Source of the DNA: Lama guanicoe
Lineage: Eukaryota
NCBI GenBank assembly: GCA_013239625.1
Contig: MU053493.1
Location: forward strand, 1,001,793 to 1,065,792
Direction: 5' to 3'
DNA length: 64,000 bases
In this document: positions 24,336 to 39,090 of the stretch, one piece after another
Position numbering within the stretch: position 1 is the stretch's first letter
Layout of the letters: the number at the start of each line of letters is the position of its first letter
Program-made: the position numbers and the translations under genes
Notes under the pieces: model-generated
The model's database searches: none
What the model saw: the letters and a program-made list of their open reading frames with translations, nothing else
Told to the model about the DNA's origin: nothing

Positions 24336-25254
24336 TCCAACTGATTTTTAAAACCCATAAAATGTTTCATTTACTACATAAGATATAAATATAAAGTCAA
24401 GATTTCTTAAGCTAACATACCAAAAAGTGCCTTACCTCATTAAGGCTCTTTGAAAATGGTATAGAACTGTTTTAAGTTGCTTAGGACAATTTGGGGCATT
24501 TTTATTCTTCTCCAGGGTCATATTATAAGCAGCCAAAAGAAAAACAGAAAATCCATCTCCATCTCATTTGTGAGCCACCAACATTCATCATGAGACCCTG
24601 CTTTGAGCTACTCCTGCCAGTCTTAGTAAAGAAACTCATCTGAAAATAAGAGTATCTCTACCAAAAATTTTCAAATAACAAGAGTCCAAAAGTATTGATA
24701 TTTTAATAGCTTTACTAGTGTAACTGCATCACCTTCTACAGGGGCTACATTAAAAGAAAACATTCATTTACATTTAAATAAATCATAAACATAAGAAATA
24801 TGTGAAAATGTTTATTCTCTCATTCTTAAGTCAAAGGTGCAAACACAGAATAGGAAACGATATTATTTAGATAATACCTCGTAGGCATATACTCAGTAGG
24901 TCACTAAAGACCATCTCAAGGACAGGCTCACACACCCTTCTTAGGAACTGCATTAACTTAAGAAAGTGGCAGGCACAACTCTGCCCAAGTGTTCACTGCT
25001 CAGTAAGTTTAAAGGGACCCATTAAATATTAAAATGATACTGTGGAAGTATCAACATGGATTTGTAAATCACATAATGGATAGAAACTACAAAATAACAT
25101 ATTTTGACCATTGGCTTAGTTGCTGATAAGAGTATCCTATAAGTTTCTAGTTCAAGATGCCAGCTTATACCCATCTGTGTCCCCTTCCCCTCCAAGACCA
25201 CCGAAATTAACATACAGGAGGGAAACAGTATAAACACCCCAAAACAAACAGAAC

Positions 25255-25400
25255 GACAGATACAAACTAATATATATAAAAGAGATTAACAACGAGGTTC
25301 TAAAGTGTAGCACAGGGAATTATACATATATAACTGAATCACTATGCTGTACACCAGAAACTAATACAACATTGTAAATCAACTATACTTAAAGAAAAAA
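25255..25400 (+). mobile_element. L1 3' end with internal deletion
   Basis: gcacagggaattat joined directly to atataactgaatcactatgctgtacacc. Confidence 0.7.
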
Positions 25401-25759
25401 TAGCTAAACTGAAAAAAAGAAAAAAAAGGAACAGGGCCAAAAAAGACAAGATATTTCTGACAAGCAGAGAGCACACACACATACGGAAGCTTGGTGACTG
25501 TAAAAGCAGACAGAGGAAGTCATGTGCTAAATATCGGTGGCAGATTTCAGGGTGGAGGGAGCAGGTCTGCTGTGTAGAAGCCCACAGAGCTCAGAAGAGC
25601 CCTGAGTCTGGAGGAGGGCAAGAGAGAGTAAGGACCGAGTAGAGCTGTCCCAGGTGAATGCACAGAAAGCTTTGTCAACTCCCTTCTGAGAATAACCAGC
25701 ATCCTGGGTTTCTCCTCACTCCACGGGGTCAACACTCAAACAAATGGATCTGACTGGTT

Positions 25760-25990
25760 AGGGCTGTAACGTACAACATGGTGGCCACTGCAAAATGTGG
25801 CTGGAGTCCCTGATGCCCGAGCAGTGCTAACTAAGAGCCTAACACACATGGATTCCCAAGACTTAGCTCTACCCTCCCCTAAAAGTATAAACTATCTCAT
25901 TAACATGTTTATGTTCATTACATATTGCAATTTTAATAATTTAAAAATATTGGGTTAAGCAAGCTATCTTATTAAAAATAAACGCTGTCC
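25760..25990 (-). mobile_element. hAT MITE remnant (MER33-like)
   Basis: atggtggccactgcaaaatgtggctgg ... atattgggttaagcaagctatcttattaaaat. Confidence 0.5.
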
Positions 25991-26559
25991 TCTACGACAG
26001 CACTTCCACCAATGTTCCTGTTCCCTAATTAAAAAATACAAAGAGCATTTTTTAAGACTCAGAAGGCATTTTAGGAAGTCTTGGCAAACAAACAGAAAAA
26101 ATAAATAGAAAGACAAAAAAGTAAAATTAGAAGAAGCAGGGGAATGGGGAGTAACCCTAGAAGAAATAATGTCATTTGGTTTAAAATAAAGGAACTACAA
26201 AAATGAAGAAGGAAAGGACAACCCTCCAACTGGCACCCTTGGACAATGAAGGGCAAGTGGAGGAGAACAGAGAACAGAGGAGGACCCAGGGGACAGACAG
26301 AGTGACTGAGGACTTAGAGAAAGGAAGGTAGGATAAGGCGTAGTGAAGAAGATAAAAAAAGGAGAGCATTTGAGCTTGACACCAGGCCCAGGTGACATGG
26401 ACACTCAACCCCACTGAACAGCATGGAACCCACAGCACCAGACCCACAGAGAAGGAAATGTGGGCTCCAAAAAGTGGCTTTGCAGAGAACACTGGTAACA
26501 CAGTCACCAAATCCTGATGGTGCCTTTTTTGTTTTAAGTATAATCAAGCTAACATCAAA

Positions 26560-27322
26560 ATTATAAATAACAAATGCTGGAGACAGTGTGGAGAAAAAGG
26601 AATCCTCTTACACTGTTGGTGGGAATATAATTTGGTGCAGCCACTATGGAGAACAGCATGGAGGTTCATTAAAAAACTAAAAATAGACTTACCATATCAT
26701 TCAGCAATCCCACTCCTGGGCATGTATCTGGAGAAAACTTTAACTCAAAAAGTGCACCCAATGTTCATAGCAGCACTATTTACAACAGCCAAGACATGGA
26801 AACAACCTAAATGCCCATAGACCGATGAATGGATAAAGAAGTTGCAGTATATATACACAATGGAATACTACTCAGCTATAAAAATGAAATAATGTCATTT
26901 GCAACAACATGAATGGACCAAAAGGTATCATATTAATTAAAGTAAGTCAGACAGAGAGATAAAAATACCACATGACATCACTTATATGTGGAATCTAAAA
27001 AAAAATGATACAAATGAACTTATTTACAAAACAGAAACAGACTCACAGACATAAAAAACAAACTCATGGTTACCAAAGGGGAAAGAGGAGGATAAACTAG
27101 GAGTTTAGGTTTAGCAGATGCACACTACTATATATAAAATAGATAAACAGCAAGGCCCTACTGCATAGCACAGGAAACTATATTCAGTAACTTGTAATAA
27201 CTTATAATGGGAAAGAATCTGAAAAAGAATATATATTATATGTGTGTATGTGTATAACTGAACCACTTTGCTGTACACCTGAAACTAACACAAGATTGTA
27301 AATCAGCTACACTTCAATTAAA
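26560..27322 (+). mobile_element. Artiodactyl L1 (ORF2 end + 3'UTR)
   Basis: ORF 26632-26820 ([21 protein letters not shown]...KTWKQPKCP) followed by typical 3'UTR. Confidence 0.92.
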
Positions 27323-27529
27323 GAAAGGATAGAGAAATTAAATATGGCTGCAGAACAAAATGTCAATGTTACCAAAGTTGAGATGGAAGGACATAAAGAG
27401 AAGTAGGAGCAGAACAGGGGTGATTACAGAGACTGGAAACTGAACTACAGGTAACAAAAGTTACAAATTTTAAGACTGTCTTTTTTTTTCCAGCAAGTTA
27501 GTTCATAGATACAGTAAAGATTATTCTGA

Positions 27530-27680
27530 TTTTTCATTGAGGTATCATTGGTTTACAACATATAAGTTTCATGTGTACGACATTGTATTTCCACTCCTGT
27601 ACGTACCTCAGTGTGCTCACCATCCAAAGTTTAATTTCCATCACTACACCTGTTGACCCCCTTTACTGGTTTCACCCTTT
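27530..27680 (-). mobile_element. L1 3' terminal fragment
   Basis: ttcattgaggtatcattggtttacaacatataagtttcatgtgtac. Confidence 0.65.
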
Positions 27681-27829
27681 TGAAGATACAAAAGTGACCA
27701 GTGGAAGAAGTGAGAACAGAGGTGTGAGAGGGGTTGGGGCAAGCTGTGAATAAGCCAAGTCATAGAAATGGGTAGAGCTGATCATCAAGGAATAGAAATA
27801 TAAACAGAGTATTAAAATAGGAGTCACAT

Positions 27830-27978
27830 GGGGGAGGGCAGAGGGATAGAGCCTGTGCTTAGCATACTTGAGGTCCTGGGTTCAATCCAAGTGCCTCCAT
27901 ATAAATAAATAAATTAATAACCTAAGTAGTCATCCACCTCCCCCACCAAAAAAAGAATTAAAAAGTAAAAAAGTAACA
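27830..27978 (+). mobile_element. tRNA-derived SINE with degenerate A box
   Basis: gtgcttagcatacttgaggtcctgggttcaatcc; TSD aaaataggagtca on both sides. Confidence 0.85.
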
Positions 27979-28319
27979 TAAAATAGGAGTCATAACTAGA
28001 AACAGAGGTTGCAGAAGGTTTTGAGAGATGAACAGCAATGAGAAACGTGGAGCAGGGTCAGGCTTTTTGTAAACCCTTTACTGTTGGCTCTGTAAATGTT
28101 GTGTGTCTTGTTGACATTTTTAAATATTAAAAAATGCCCTAGCTTCTACATTTTTTCCATATTATAGACATACTAAATAACTGAAACGTCCATTTGGGGG
28201 CAGACGTAGTGGATAATACAACGTCTACATGCGATAAAGTTCACCAACCATGCAATCATTACACTAAGAATCCTTTAATTATCCTTGAAAAACAAAATAA
28301 TCATCAATTTCCATGTGAA

Positions 28320-29960
28320 AGGTAAAACAACAACAGCAAAAAGCCTCTAAAAGCAAATGTATAGGAAAATATCTTCATGAGCTTGAAGAAGGGAAAGGCT
28401 TCTTAAACATAACAAAATAAGCAGTAAACACAGAAGAAAGGAATTATAAAATTAAGCCCATTAAGAATTTCCATTAATCAAAAGATACTGTTTATCTGTA
28501 AGCATATTCTACTTCAATTAAAAGTTTACAAACGAGAGAAAGAAAGGACATTAAAAGACAAACCAGAGAGTCTTAGAAAATATTTGCAAAAACATCTAAG
28601 TCAGGGCTTATGTCCACAATATAGAAAAACTTACACAAATCCCAATAAGGGAAAAAAAAAAACAGCACACACACACAAAAAGCAAGATTAAAAATAGGCA
28701 AGAGACATGAATAAACACTCACAAAAGAAGACACCAATACCAAGTGGAAAATTAAGAAATGGATATGTCCTGTACTTTATTTGTAATCAGGAAACTGCTA
28801 ATTAAAGTCACAAGAAAGTATCACTCCCCACCCACTGGAATGGTAAATTTAAAAGACTAAAATATAAAGTGTCAGTGAGTATGCAGAACAACAAGAATTT
28901 TTCAGATACTTCTGATGAGAGTGTTAATTGCTACAGTCATTTTGAAAAGTGTTTGGCTTCATCTGTAAAAGTTAGCAACATGCCATCCTCTGGCCTGGCA
29001 AGTCCCCATGTGTGTATCTACACACATGACAGACAGAAATACAAACACATGTGTGTCAAAACACACACACCCCAATGTTCATAGCAGCACTATTTACAAC
29101 AGCCAAGACATGGAAGCAACCTAAATGTCCATAGACAGATGAATGGATAAAGAAGTTGTGATATATACATATAAATATATACACAAAATGGAATACTACT
29201 CAGCCATAAAAAAGAATGAAATAATGCCATTTGCAGCAACATGGATGGACCTAGAGATTATCATACTTAGTGAAGTAATTCAGACAGAGAAAAACAAATG
29301 CCATATAATATCACTGTTTTGTGGAACCTAAAACAAATGATACAAATGAACTATTTACAAAACAAGAATAGACTCACAGAGAAAGCAAACTTATGGTTGC
29401 CAAAGGGGGAAGGAGGGGAGGGATAAATTAGGGATTTGGGATTAACATTTATAGACTACTATGTACAAAACAGATAAACAACCAAGACCTACTATATAGC
29501 ACAGGGGAAAAGTATTCAATATCTCATAATAATCTATAATGGAAAAGAAACCAAAAGAATATATATGTGTATGTATAGCTGAATCACTATGCTGTACACC
29601 AGAAACTAACACATTTGTAAATCGAATATATGTCAATTAAAAAAAAAACATGAGTAAGAATACTCATGGCAGTGGTCTTCATAATAGACAAAAGCAGGAA
29701 ACAACTTCGATCTCCATTAAGAGAAGGACAAATCATGTTACAGTCACACAATAAAAATGAATAATCTGCAGCAACAGGCAACAGCTGGGGTGACTCTCAT
29801 AAAAATAAAAGTGAGCAAAAGAAAATAAGACAACATACACTGTGGACCTGTGTGATTCCACTTATGTAAAGTTCTGGAGCAGGGCAAAACTAAATCCTGG
29901 CGCTTGACATCAGGCTAACAGTTTTCCAGTGGGAAGAAAGAGAGGAAGAGCTATGTTGGG
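28320..29960 (+). mobile_element. Old L1 ORF2/3' region with a younger L1 3' end nested at ~29060-29648
   Basis: Degenerate ORF2 motifs flanking a well-preserved [23 protein letters not shown] segment and 3'UTR. Confidence 0.8.
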
Positions 29961-32147
29961 TGGTGATGACCCACGTGGGTTCCCTGTGATAACCCACTGA
30001 GTTGGCTTTGATATTGTAAAACTGAGTTGGTTTTGATACTGCGCCGCACTGTGGATATATGTAACACTACAATTCAAACTTCGACACATAATTAAAGTAT
30101 GACTTTCAAAATGAAACATGTCTCTCTAAGAGCTAGCTAGCGTATTAAAGAGGTTACTTCAAATGTCAGTAAAACATCTTAATAGAAAACAGTGATGGAA
30201 GAAATGTTTCCAGACCAGTGATTTTCACTGTAAATGTTATTAGTTTGAGCTTAATCAATCAGTGGGCAGTCTTAGCTAAATTTGCTGAATCCAAGCCCCC
30301 CAATATGATACACTGTATGTGTGAGCTTCTTAAAACAGATACATTAGATCAAAAAAAATTGTACAATTCTGAAGTTTCAAAACACCTGGAGCTTTACCTG
30401 AGCATCTGCTTTCTCTTCACCAAAGAGAGAGAGAGAGCGAGAGAGAGAAGCTGTTTCTTGCTCAACACCACCTCTTTTACCCCAAGACAGGAATCTTTGC
30501 TGATGATTTGCCCTCAGTGATCCCACAGTAAATTTCCCACTCTGGGAATCATCTCACAGGTGCCACTCATTAACCATGATAACCACAACGTCCCCCACTT
30601 TGTCCACTGGCTCCTGCCCTAGGGACAGGTCAGCTCCTTTTTCTACCACCTGACTCTGAGCCTGGAGTCAGCCCCATGTCCAGCTCCCACAGCCAGCTCC
30701 CTGGCAGCGACTTTTAACCCATAAAGCAGGATTTTAAACAATTCTTTACTCAATTTCAAGTTAGTTTCGATCATTTGGCTTTCTGAGAGTTGTGACTCCA
30801 AGTCCTTTACTGTAACCTCTAGCTTTTACTCTTGGAAACTTAATAAGCATATTATGTGATGTCTCATCTTGTGATAACAAAAAAAAATCAGCAAAGAGAG
30901 ATAAGAGTAACAGGTCTGCGTGTATGTGTGCTACAGGTCTGGGTGTATGTGTGCTTACACACAAAAATACACAAATGCAAACTTATTTTTTTTAATGGTT
31001 TTGGTTTTTATTTAGAGGGCTCTTTCTGTGAAAACCATTGATAGCTGATGTTGAAAATGAACAAAGAAATCACTGAAATAAAGAACATAGGAGTTAGAAA
31101 GTCCAAATTACTTTCTTCTTCTCCGAGGAATAAAACACTACCTAATCTCGATGAATCCATAGAGGAGGAGAGATTTTCTCTGGCATCACTCCATGACAAG
31201 ATTATTTCTCTTCCTTTAACAGCAAGTCAGGGATGAATCAGGAGCTCTGAAAGAACCGAGCCTTTGGGAGCCACTTCAGTGGTAGACTTGAAAAGCAGCA
31301 TTTACAAGCAAGCTTCCTTCATAAAAGTGCCCATAATCCTCAGTCTATAAAGCTAAAAGAATTGTGTACCTTATGTCCCAGAGCCATAAAGAGGTTTAAG
31401 ACGGATACCATAATAAATCTGGATCAATTATGAGAGATGCATTGTAGAGTAAACAAGTCTTAATTTAGAATTTCACTCCTGCTGCCAGCCATGATGAACT
31501 AGGTGGTTCTCATCAACCCTCCGGAGAGAACAATTGGAAAAATGCAACAATCCTGTGCGTGAAGGCACCAAAGAACTATGAGGGCAATGAGGGGCAGCAG
31601 GACCAAGACCCACGAAAGGGAGAGAAGCTTAGCAGAATGAAAAGATCTGGGGCCACTTTTCCAGAACCATCAGAAACCATGATTCTATAGCAATACCTAA
31701 GAGGCCAAAAGTTGAAGCAGATCTTGACAGACTCGAGAGTTAGCAGGACAAGTGGGAGCCCAGGGTCCACAGAACAGAGGGAAGATCCTGGTAAGTTCTC
31801 CATATTCACACCCTAGAATGGATCTGCAAAATTCAGAAATAAACCAGCCCTCACAGGAATGGAAGACCAGGTCCTCATCTTTGCAACTACTAACTGAATT
31901 AAGGTGATTTGTGCTTGCTGGTACCTACATCTGGCTTGTCAGGAGCAACCATGGAATTGGAGTGAGGGTGTGTCCTGGAGATCTTCAAATTAACTCTGCA
32001 ATTTTTCACACACAATGTCTGGGACAAAATAAAAAAGCAATGAGGCTTAGAAGTAACATCAAGAATCATTTTGTAACTTAAAAAGTAACATTGTGAATCA
32101 TTTCAACAAGTATTTTCTAAACAACTTCTAATATAAAAATAAGAATA

Positions 32148-32206
32148 AGACATTATGCTATACACCAGAAGCTGAAACACTGTAACTGGCTATACTTCCA
32201 TTAAAA
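32148..32206 (+). mobile_element. Extremely 5'-truncated L1 (~60 bp)
   Basis: Terminal L1 3'UTR sequence plus A tail; TSD aaaaataagaata (32135-32147 / 32207-32219). Confidence 0.8.
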
Positions 32207-32281
32207 AAAAATAAGAATATAGGGATTGAATATGGAGTGATGGTGAGCATTATGGAATAGTAAGGAAAGAACACAATTTTA

Positions 32282-32420
32282 TTTTATTTATTTTTTAATT
32301 GAAATATAGTCAGTTACAATGTCAATTTCTGGTGTGCAGCATAATGTTTCAGTCATACATATATGTACATATTTGTTTTCATATTCTTTTTCTTTATAGG
32401 ATATTATAAGATATTGAATA
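32282..32420 (-). mobile_element. L1 3' end
   Basis: ttttaattgaaatatagtcagttacaatgtcaatttctggtgtgcagc. Confidence 0.8.
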
Positions 32421-32725
32421 CATAATTTTATTCTAAAATTCGTATTAGTTTACTACTTGGCCTATTTGTGTCACTTTAAAAGTAATGTGTACTAATATTG
32501 TTAAAGGTGCCATAAGAATTTCATGACATTTTAATTTTCAATATTTCTCTATATATCTTATAAACATAAGAAAAGATAGCCTAAACTGCACCAAATGCCT
32601 TGTGTAATGGTGATTTGGGTAATTTTATTCCCCCGCAGTCCTTCTTATGTTTAATTTGATTTCTTGCAAAGAATACATATTACATTTGTGGTTATAAGAA
32701 ATATCACTTATAAAAACATTATTAG

Positions 32726-33031
32726 TGTAGTCTGGTGCAGTCATTATGGAAAACAGCATGGAGATTCCTTAAAAAACTAAAAATAGATTTACCATATGAT
32801 CCAGCAACCCCACTCCTGGGCATATACCTGGAAAAAACTATAATTCAAAAAGACACATGCACCCCAATGTTCACAGCAGCACTACTTATAATAGCTAAGA
32901 CATGGAAGTAAACTAAATGTCCATTGACAGATGACTGGATAAAGTAGTTGTGGTGTGTGTGAGTTTATATGTGTGTGTGTGTTCATGTATGTGTATGTGT
33001 ATGTATATGTATGTGTGTGTGTGTGTGTGTG

Positions 33032-33067
<36 letters not shown>

Positions 33068-33550
33068 ATGGAATACTACTCAGCCATAAAAAAGAATAAA
33101 ATAATGCCATTTGCAGCAACATGGATGGACCTGGAGATCATCATACTAAGTGAAGTAAGTCAGAAAGAGAAAGAAAATACCATATGATATCACTCATATG
33201 TGGAATCTTAAAAAAAAAGAAAAGACACAAATGAACTTATTTACAAAACAGAAACAGACTCACAGACATAGAAAACAAGCTCATGGTTACCAGCAGCAGA
33301 AGAGGTGGAAAAGGATAAACTGGGAGTTCAGGATCAGCAGATACAAACTACTATACATAAAACAGAAAAACAACAAGGTCCTACTGTACAGCACAAGGAA
33401 CTGTATTTAATATCTTGTAGTAAACTGTAATGAAAAAGAATATGAAAAGGAACCTATATATGTATATGTATGACTGAATCACTGAGCTGTACATCAGAAA
33501 CTGACACAATACTTTAAATAGACTATACTCCAATTTTTTAAAAAGGGAAA
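32726..33550 (+). mobile_element. Lineage-specific L1 (ORF2 end + 3'UTR) with internal (TG)n/(TA)n expansion at ~32953-33066
   Basis: TSD aaaaacat(t/c)attag (32712-32725 / 33551-33564); ORF2 C-terminal motifs. Confidence 0.92.
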
Positions 33551-35079
33551 AAAAACATCATTAGGATAATTACATAATGGTACCATGGATTTTCTTCACA
33601 GACTGTATTCAAGATGTATCATTTTTACAGCACCTATTTGGTTATATTAAATTAGAGTTGTAGCATCTTAAATCCCCCAAGGGATTTCAAATAACACACA
33701 TGGGCTTAAGTGCTGAGCTCCACACCCATGCCTACCCTTTGCGGTACCAAACCCTAAATGCATGACCACCAGGTTCTACTGTCTTGTGACTAAAGCTGCT
33801 AGAAAGTTGAATCTACAATCCAAAATCTATATAACAGCAAAAATCATCCATGCATAATTATGTGCTATACATTTCTGAATAATCATGTGCTGATTCATAT
33901 TATTCATTTTAAATACCTTGCCTTCCAGACACGCTTTCATAACTGTACACATTTATTTTATGTAAAGCAACACATGGAATGGCCTTTAGATGTACATGTT
34001 CAGGTGAATGACCCGATGGCAGACATAAAGGAGAAATATTATAGACACTGTTGGTAGTTTAGAACCTCACATTTGCATCACTTCAAAATGATTTCTTATG
34101 CCTCATCTCATTACCACCCCAGCTACAAGCCCACAAAGTAAATTAATAATCACCGTAAGTCAAAGTGTGCATTTAGGAATAATTTAGGTAGTTTCCTTTA
34201 ACAAATTTATCTATGTACCTACATTAAGTTCACGTACATGGTTATATACAATAGACAATATGCCCAAAATGTCTCAGAGTCTGCCCACTGCTCCACATCC
34301 TCACAGTGACCATTCTAGCTCCGACCTCTTCATCCCTTGCCTACAGTTCCTCTTCTCTCTAATCGGTCCCACACACACACTGCCCTCTGCATCCTCCATC
34401 TAAACAGAGATCTAGCAACATTTTTATCCAATTAAAATTACACCACCCCTTCCCACTCCCCACCCCATGCCTCACCAAGGGGGCCTGGTGGATAGCTAAC
34501 GCAGGTCACAGCAGGTAAAACTAGTCCTCTGAAAGCACACACTCTGTCTTTAAAGTGTATGCACATTTTTTTCATTCTAATCTATAATTTATATTTGTTG
34601 GATTTAACATAAATATCATGATTTGGACTGTTCCCATTTCTAGGAAAATATGCCATGGCAAGCTGGTCTTGCAGCTTCACAAAACCTCTGGCACAATGCC
34701 TCCACTGCCTCATGTCCTGGTAGATGCCCTGCAGAACCACACAACACATCTCACACTCTACCCTTCTCCTGTCTATGGTCTGAACGCCCCTCAGCTCTCC
34801 CACCAGAAGACAACCCAGTCCTTCACCCTGCAAGGTGCGTTTCTAGAATCTAATGCTTTCAAAAGTGTATGTAAGGAAAAGTGAGTAGTTTGGTCAATAT
34901 GATATCCCTGTTTGAGAAATTCTCAATAAATATAGGCACACTGAATTTTCTGAAGAGTTCAGCAGCAAAATACGCAGCCAAGATCAACCAGGAGCCAGTG
35001 TTCTGTAAACACACCTTGTTGAAGGTGTGCTGTCCTCACCTTTCTCTCAGTCTTTCCTCACGCTGCTCGCCTTACCTGT

Positions 35080-35365
35080 TAAGCCTTTCTGGTTTTCTCC
35101 AACTGGCAAAGTCCTACTCACCTTTAGAAATCTAATTCCTAGCCACTCTTGTTGGAGGGAAATATGTCCTCCTGTGTGTATCTGCACCACTCTGGACAGA
35201 CATTAGTGGTCAATTACACATGAGGTAATCTGAGATTTACATGTCAGTCTCCCTAGATACACTGTGAATTCCAGAAGTAGAAATAATTCCTTAACCAGGT
35301 ATAAATTCCCAGAATCTAAGAAAGTCCACAAGAAGGGTTCAGTAAGTATGTGTGGAATAAGGTGA
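35080..35365 (+). mobile_element. L2 3' end remnant
   Basis: tgtcagtctccctagatacactgtgaattcc...ttcagtaagtatgtgtggaataa. Confidence 0.55.
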
Positions 35366-36009
35366 TAAACAGGTAAATGACCTTCCATGAAAACAAGAAA
35401 TGTAGAATCATATGTTATCTCCCTATTACCCCAGCCAGGAAATCTCTGCTGGCAGAAAGGGAACAAGAACAAGATCTGGGGAGAAAAACGGCCTCTAGAA
35501 CAGCCCAGTCAGGGTGAGCACAGGACCCCCAGAACTGAATTTGTAAAGAGAACCTGACAGGAACAGTTAAGACTTTGCCACGTGGATCCCTAATGAGTCA
35601 CCGTGTCTCTGTCCAGGGTTCTGAAAGTCCTCTGGAAAGCCCTGGCTTTGCTTCAGCACCAGAGTCACGTCGGGCTGGAATACAAATGTTTGCATATTTC
35701 ATTATTTCTGATATAGAGACCTCCTCTTTGCCCAGAATAGAAGGATAGTCACATTCAATCAGTTGCCCTCAGCCAGTTTAAATAAATGAAGCTGACTTTG
35801 CTCTGCAAAAGAAGTTACAGATTCTAAAGGAGGCAGCAGATGCAAAGGACTTGCAAGACAGATGTAGGTTTTCCTTACAGTGTTGCCTCTAACCAACGAG
35901 CAACCTCGGGCAAGTGACCATTCCTTCCTGGGCACTGACGTCCGGACCTTTGAGTTGCGTGGCTACATGATGAAGATCAAGCAAACCTTTGGTGAATCAC
36001 CGCTGCGTG

Positions 36010-36140
36010 TCAAGCACTTTCTCTTATTTAACCCTCTCAAAACCCTGTGAAGTGGGTATTATTGTTCTCATTTTACACCTGAGGAAACAAGGCTTAGAAA
36101 GGTAAAGTAATTTGCTCGAGGCCACTCCATGAGCTCAAAG
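36010..36140 (-). mobile_element. MIR
   Basis: ctcattttacacctgaggaaacaaggcttagaaaggtaaagtaatttgctcgaggccac (MIR core). Confidence 0.75.
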
Positions 36141-36818
36141 CATTGCCTGGTTGGGAAGTTCAACGTATTCATGGCTAGAGCCTCGACCAAGGTGAGACCC
36201 AGGCTTTCTCCCCACCCACCCCACCATGACTTCTGACTGTTGACAGCCGTCTTCACAAGGGCTTCCCTAATACTAGAATGTATTAGAGACACACTGTGCT
36301 TATACTTTTGTTATTTAAAAATTTTCTAACTTGACAAATGACAAAATGTTTCTTATTTTTTCCCTTCTTAATCATCACATCATGAAACTATTTAAGCTTA
36401 TGCTTAAATTTTTCATAAAAGCCAAAAATCCCTCATGTCACCTGATTCCTCAAGGGTCTCTTAAAGAGGCAGAGGTACCAAGGAAGAAATCTGCAGCTTT
36501 GTAGTGAGTGGTCTTCTCTCCAAGAGAAACTGCCACAGTCCTGGGAGTCCTGCTCCACTTGGTTACTGCTTCTGCTCCCTGGCTGATACGCCACTGCACC
36601 TCCACACCCCATCCAGCCAGCACAAGGCAGGGGTGGGGTTGTGGGAGGGTGTTTTGTTTTGATGAAAATGATCATAGTCTTAATCATGTGTCTAACTTTG
36701 TGGTTCCTCAAAGTTGCCTCCACATTCTCTGGGTCTTCACAATGACCAATGAAATGCTAACATGTCCAGTTTCTTAACAGGAAAGTACAGACTTGGGATG
36801 TTTAAGAAACTTACCTAA

Positions 36819-37216
36819 CAATGGATTACTATTCAGTCAAGAAAAAGAATAAAATAATGCCATTTGCAGCAACATGGATGGACCTGGAGATCATCATACA
36901 AAGTCAAGTCAGTTAGAAAGAGAAATAAAATACCATGTGGTATCACTCATATGTGGAATTTAAAAAAAAAAGATACAAATGAACTTATTTACAAAACAGA
37001 AACAGACTCACAAACAGAAAACAAACTCATGGTTACCATGGGGAAAGGGGGTGGGAAGGGATAAATTGGGAGTTTGAAATTTGCACTTCATGAGGAGTGA
37101 CAGAAATGTTAGGCATCTTGATTAAGGTGGTGGTTTCATAGGTACAATTCATCAAATTGTACATCTGAAATATATGTAGTTTACTTTACAGAAATTATAC
37201 CACAATAAAGTTGCTA
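36819..37216 (+). mobile_element. Chimeric L1 insertion (young L1 3'UTR fused to an older L1-type terminus)
   Basis: Young L1 sequence to ~37085, then a different 3' end with AATAAA and poly(A); TSD-like aagaaacttacctaa / aaaaaaattacctaa. Confidence 0.7.
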
Positions 37217-38445
37217 AAAAAAATTACCTAAGACCAACCATTCAAAACAAACAAAGCCAGAACCTACCAAGGCTCCCAAATACAAATCCTGAGCTCCCTG
37301 AAGTAACAGCAAAAGTGCTCCATAAAAGCGCTTGCCCCCCCCCACCAAATGCCACCGAGCCTGTGCCCCTCCAAAGCCCCTGCACCTCCATTCCTCTGCC
37401 CTGGCTCAGCTCAACACCAGGGCTCCTTTCCCCTAACCCCAAATTTCCATCCTTTCCCCTTTCCTGCAGTCTGAGCTCTGCAAACAGCAGTTTCTGGCCT
37501 TGTAACCCACGGGACAGCACTGTGATAACCTGTCCACTTCACCACACACACACAAGGAATATTCTGAAGCATTGGTCTATCTACAGAAAGATGCACACAT
37601 TTAACACAGGCATAGTGTGAGAGAGGAAGCCATTCATCATGGAAGTTTTAACTAGGTTTGTGATGCAACGGGGCAGCAGTAGTAGAGTGGGTCCTCTCTA
37701 TTGCAGGACCAGGAAATATGACCTGTCTTACATCTTTCTTGTGAATATCTCTGGGGGCTCTTAGCACTTTCTACCTGTTGTGGTTATCCTCACATCTCTT
37801 TCCTACCGCATTCTTCCTCCCCTGGAACATCATTATCCCTGTACCCTGCTCCAGAGCTGAGTCCAAAGCCTTGTTCAGGCTAGACACTGAAACTCATTTA
37901 CAAGAACTTAACACACTTTTGTAAAAGACTTGTATTGTACGAAGGATATGCCAATGAAACTTAAATACCCAAAGTAGTTTCAAAGAGTGAAAGAACAAAC
38001 TTGCAGAGATATCACACAGATGTGCTAACTGAAGTGAGCACAAATAAGTCTGCAAGAAGCCCACGAGGCTGGAAGCGGCTGCCTCAAGGAGCAGACAAGT
38101 GTATCCTGGCTGTGGATCCTGGCTCATCCTTGGAGCAAGACGACCTGCACCACCCTTATCAGGAAGGCAAAAGATACCCGTAACTGGAACTGAGAAGGGT
38201 GGTCTACAGGCTCACAGCTGGCCCTCTGCCTGGACAGATGAACCAGCGACAAAGCAGAGGCCAGGCTCCTCCCCAGAGAAGTTACATACCACCGGCAGCA
38301 GAAAAGTCTAGAAATGCCTAAACTGACACCAGTTTGTCGGACTGTATGCCAATACTTATACCATAAGGGGTACTAATATGTGACCATTCGGACCTGTTCT
38401 TGAGGATTCCCGGCTCGGGACAGATACTTTCTCCCTGAGTTTCTA

Positions 38446-39090
<645 letters not shown>

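Noticed and set aside
35652..35672. RE1/NRSE-like sequence TTCAGCACCAGAGTCACG
   Set aside because: Only the left half-site matches; the GGACAG half is absent.
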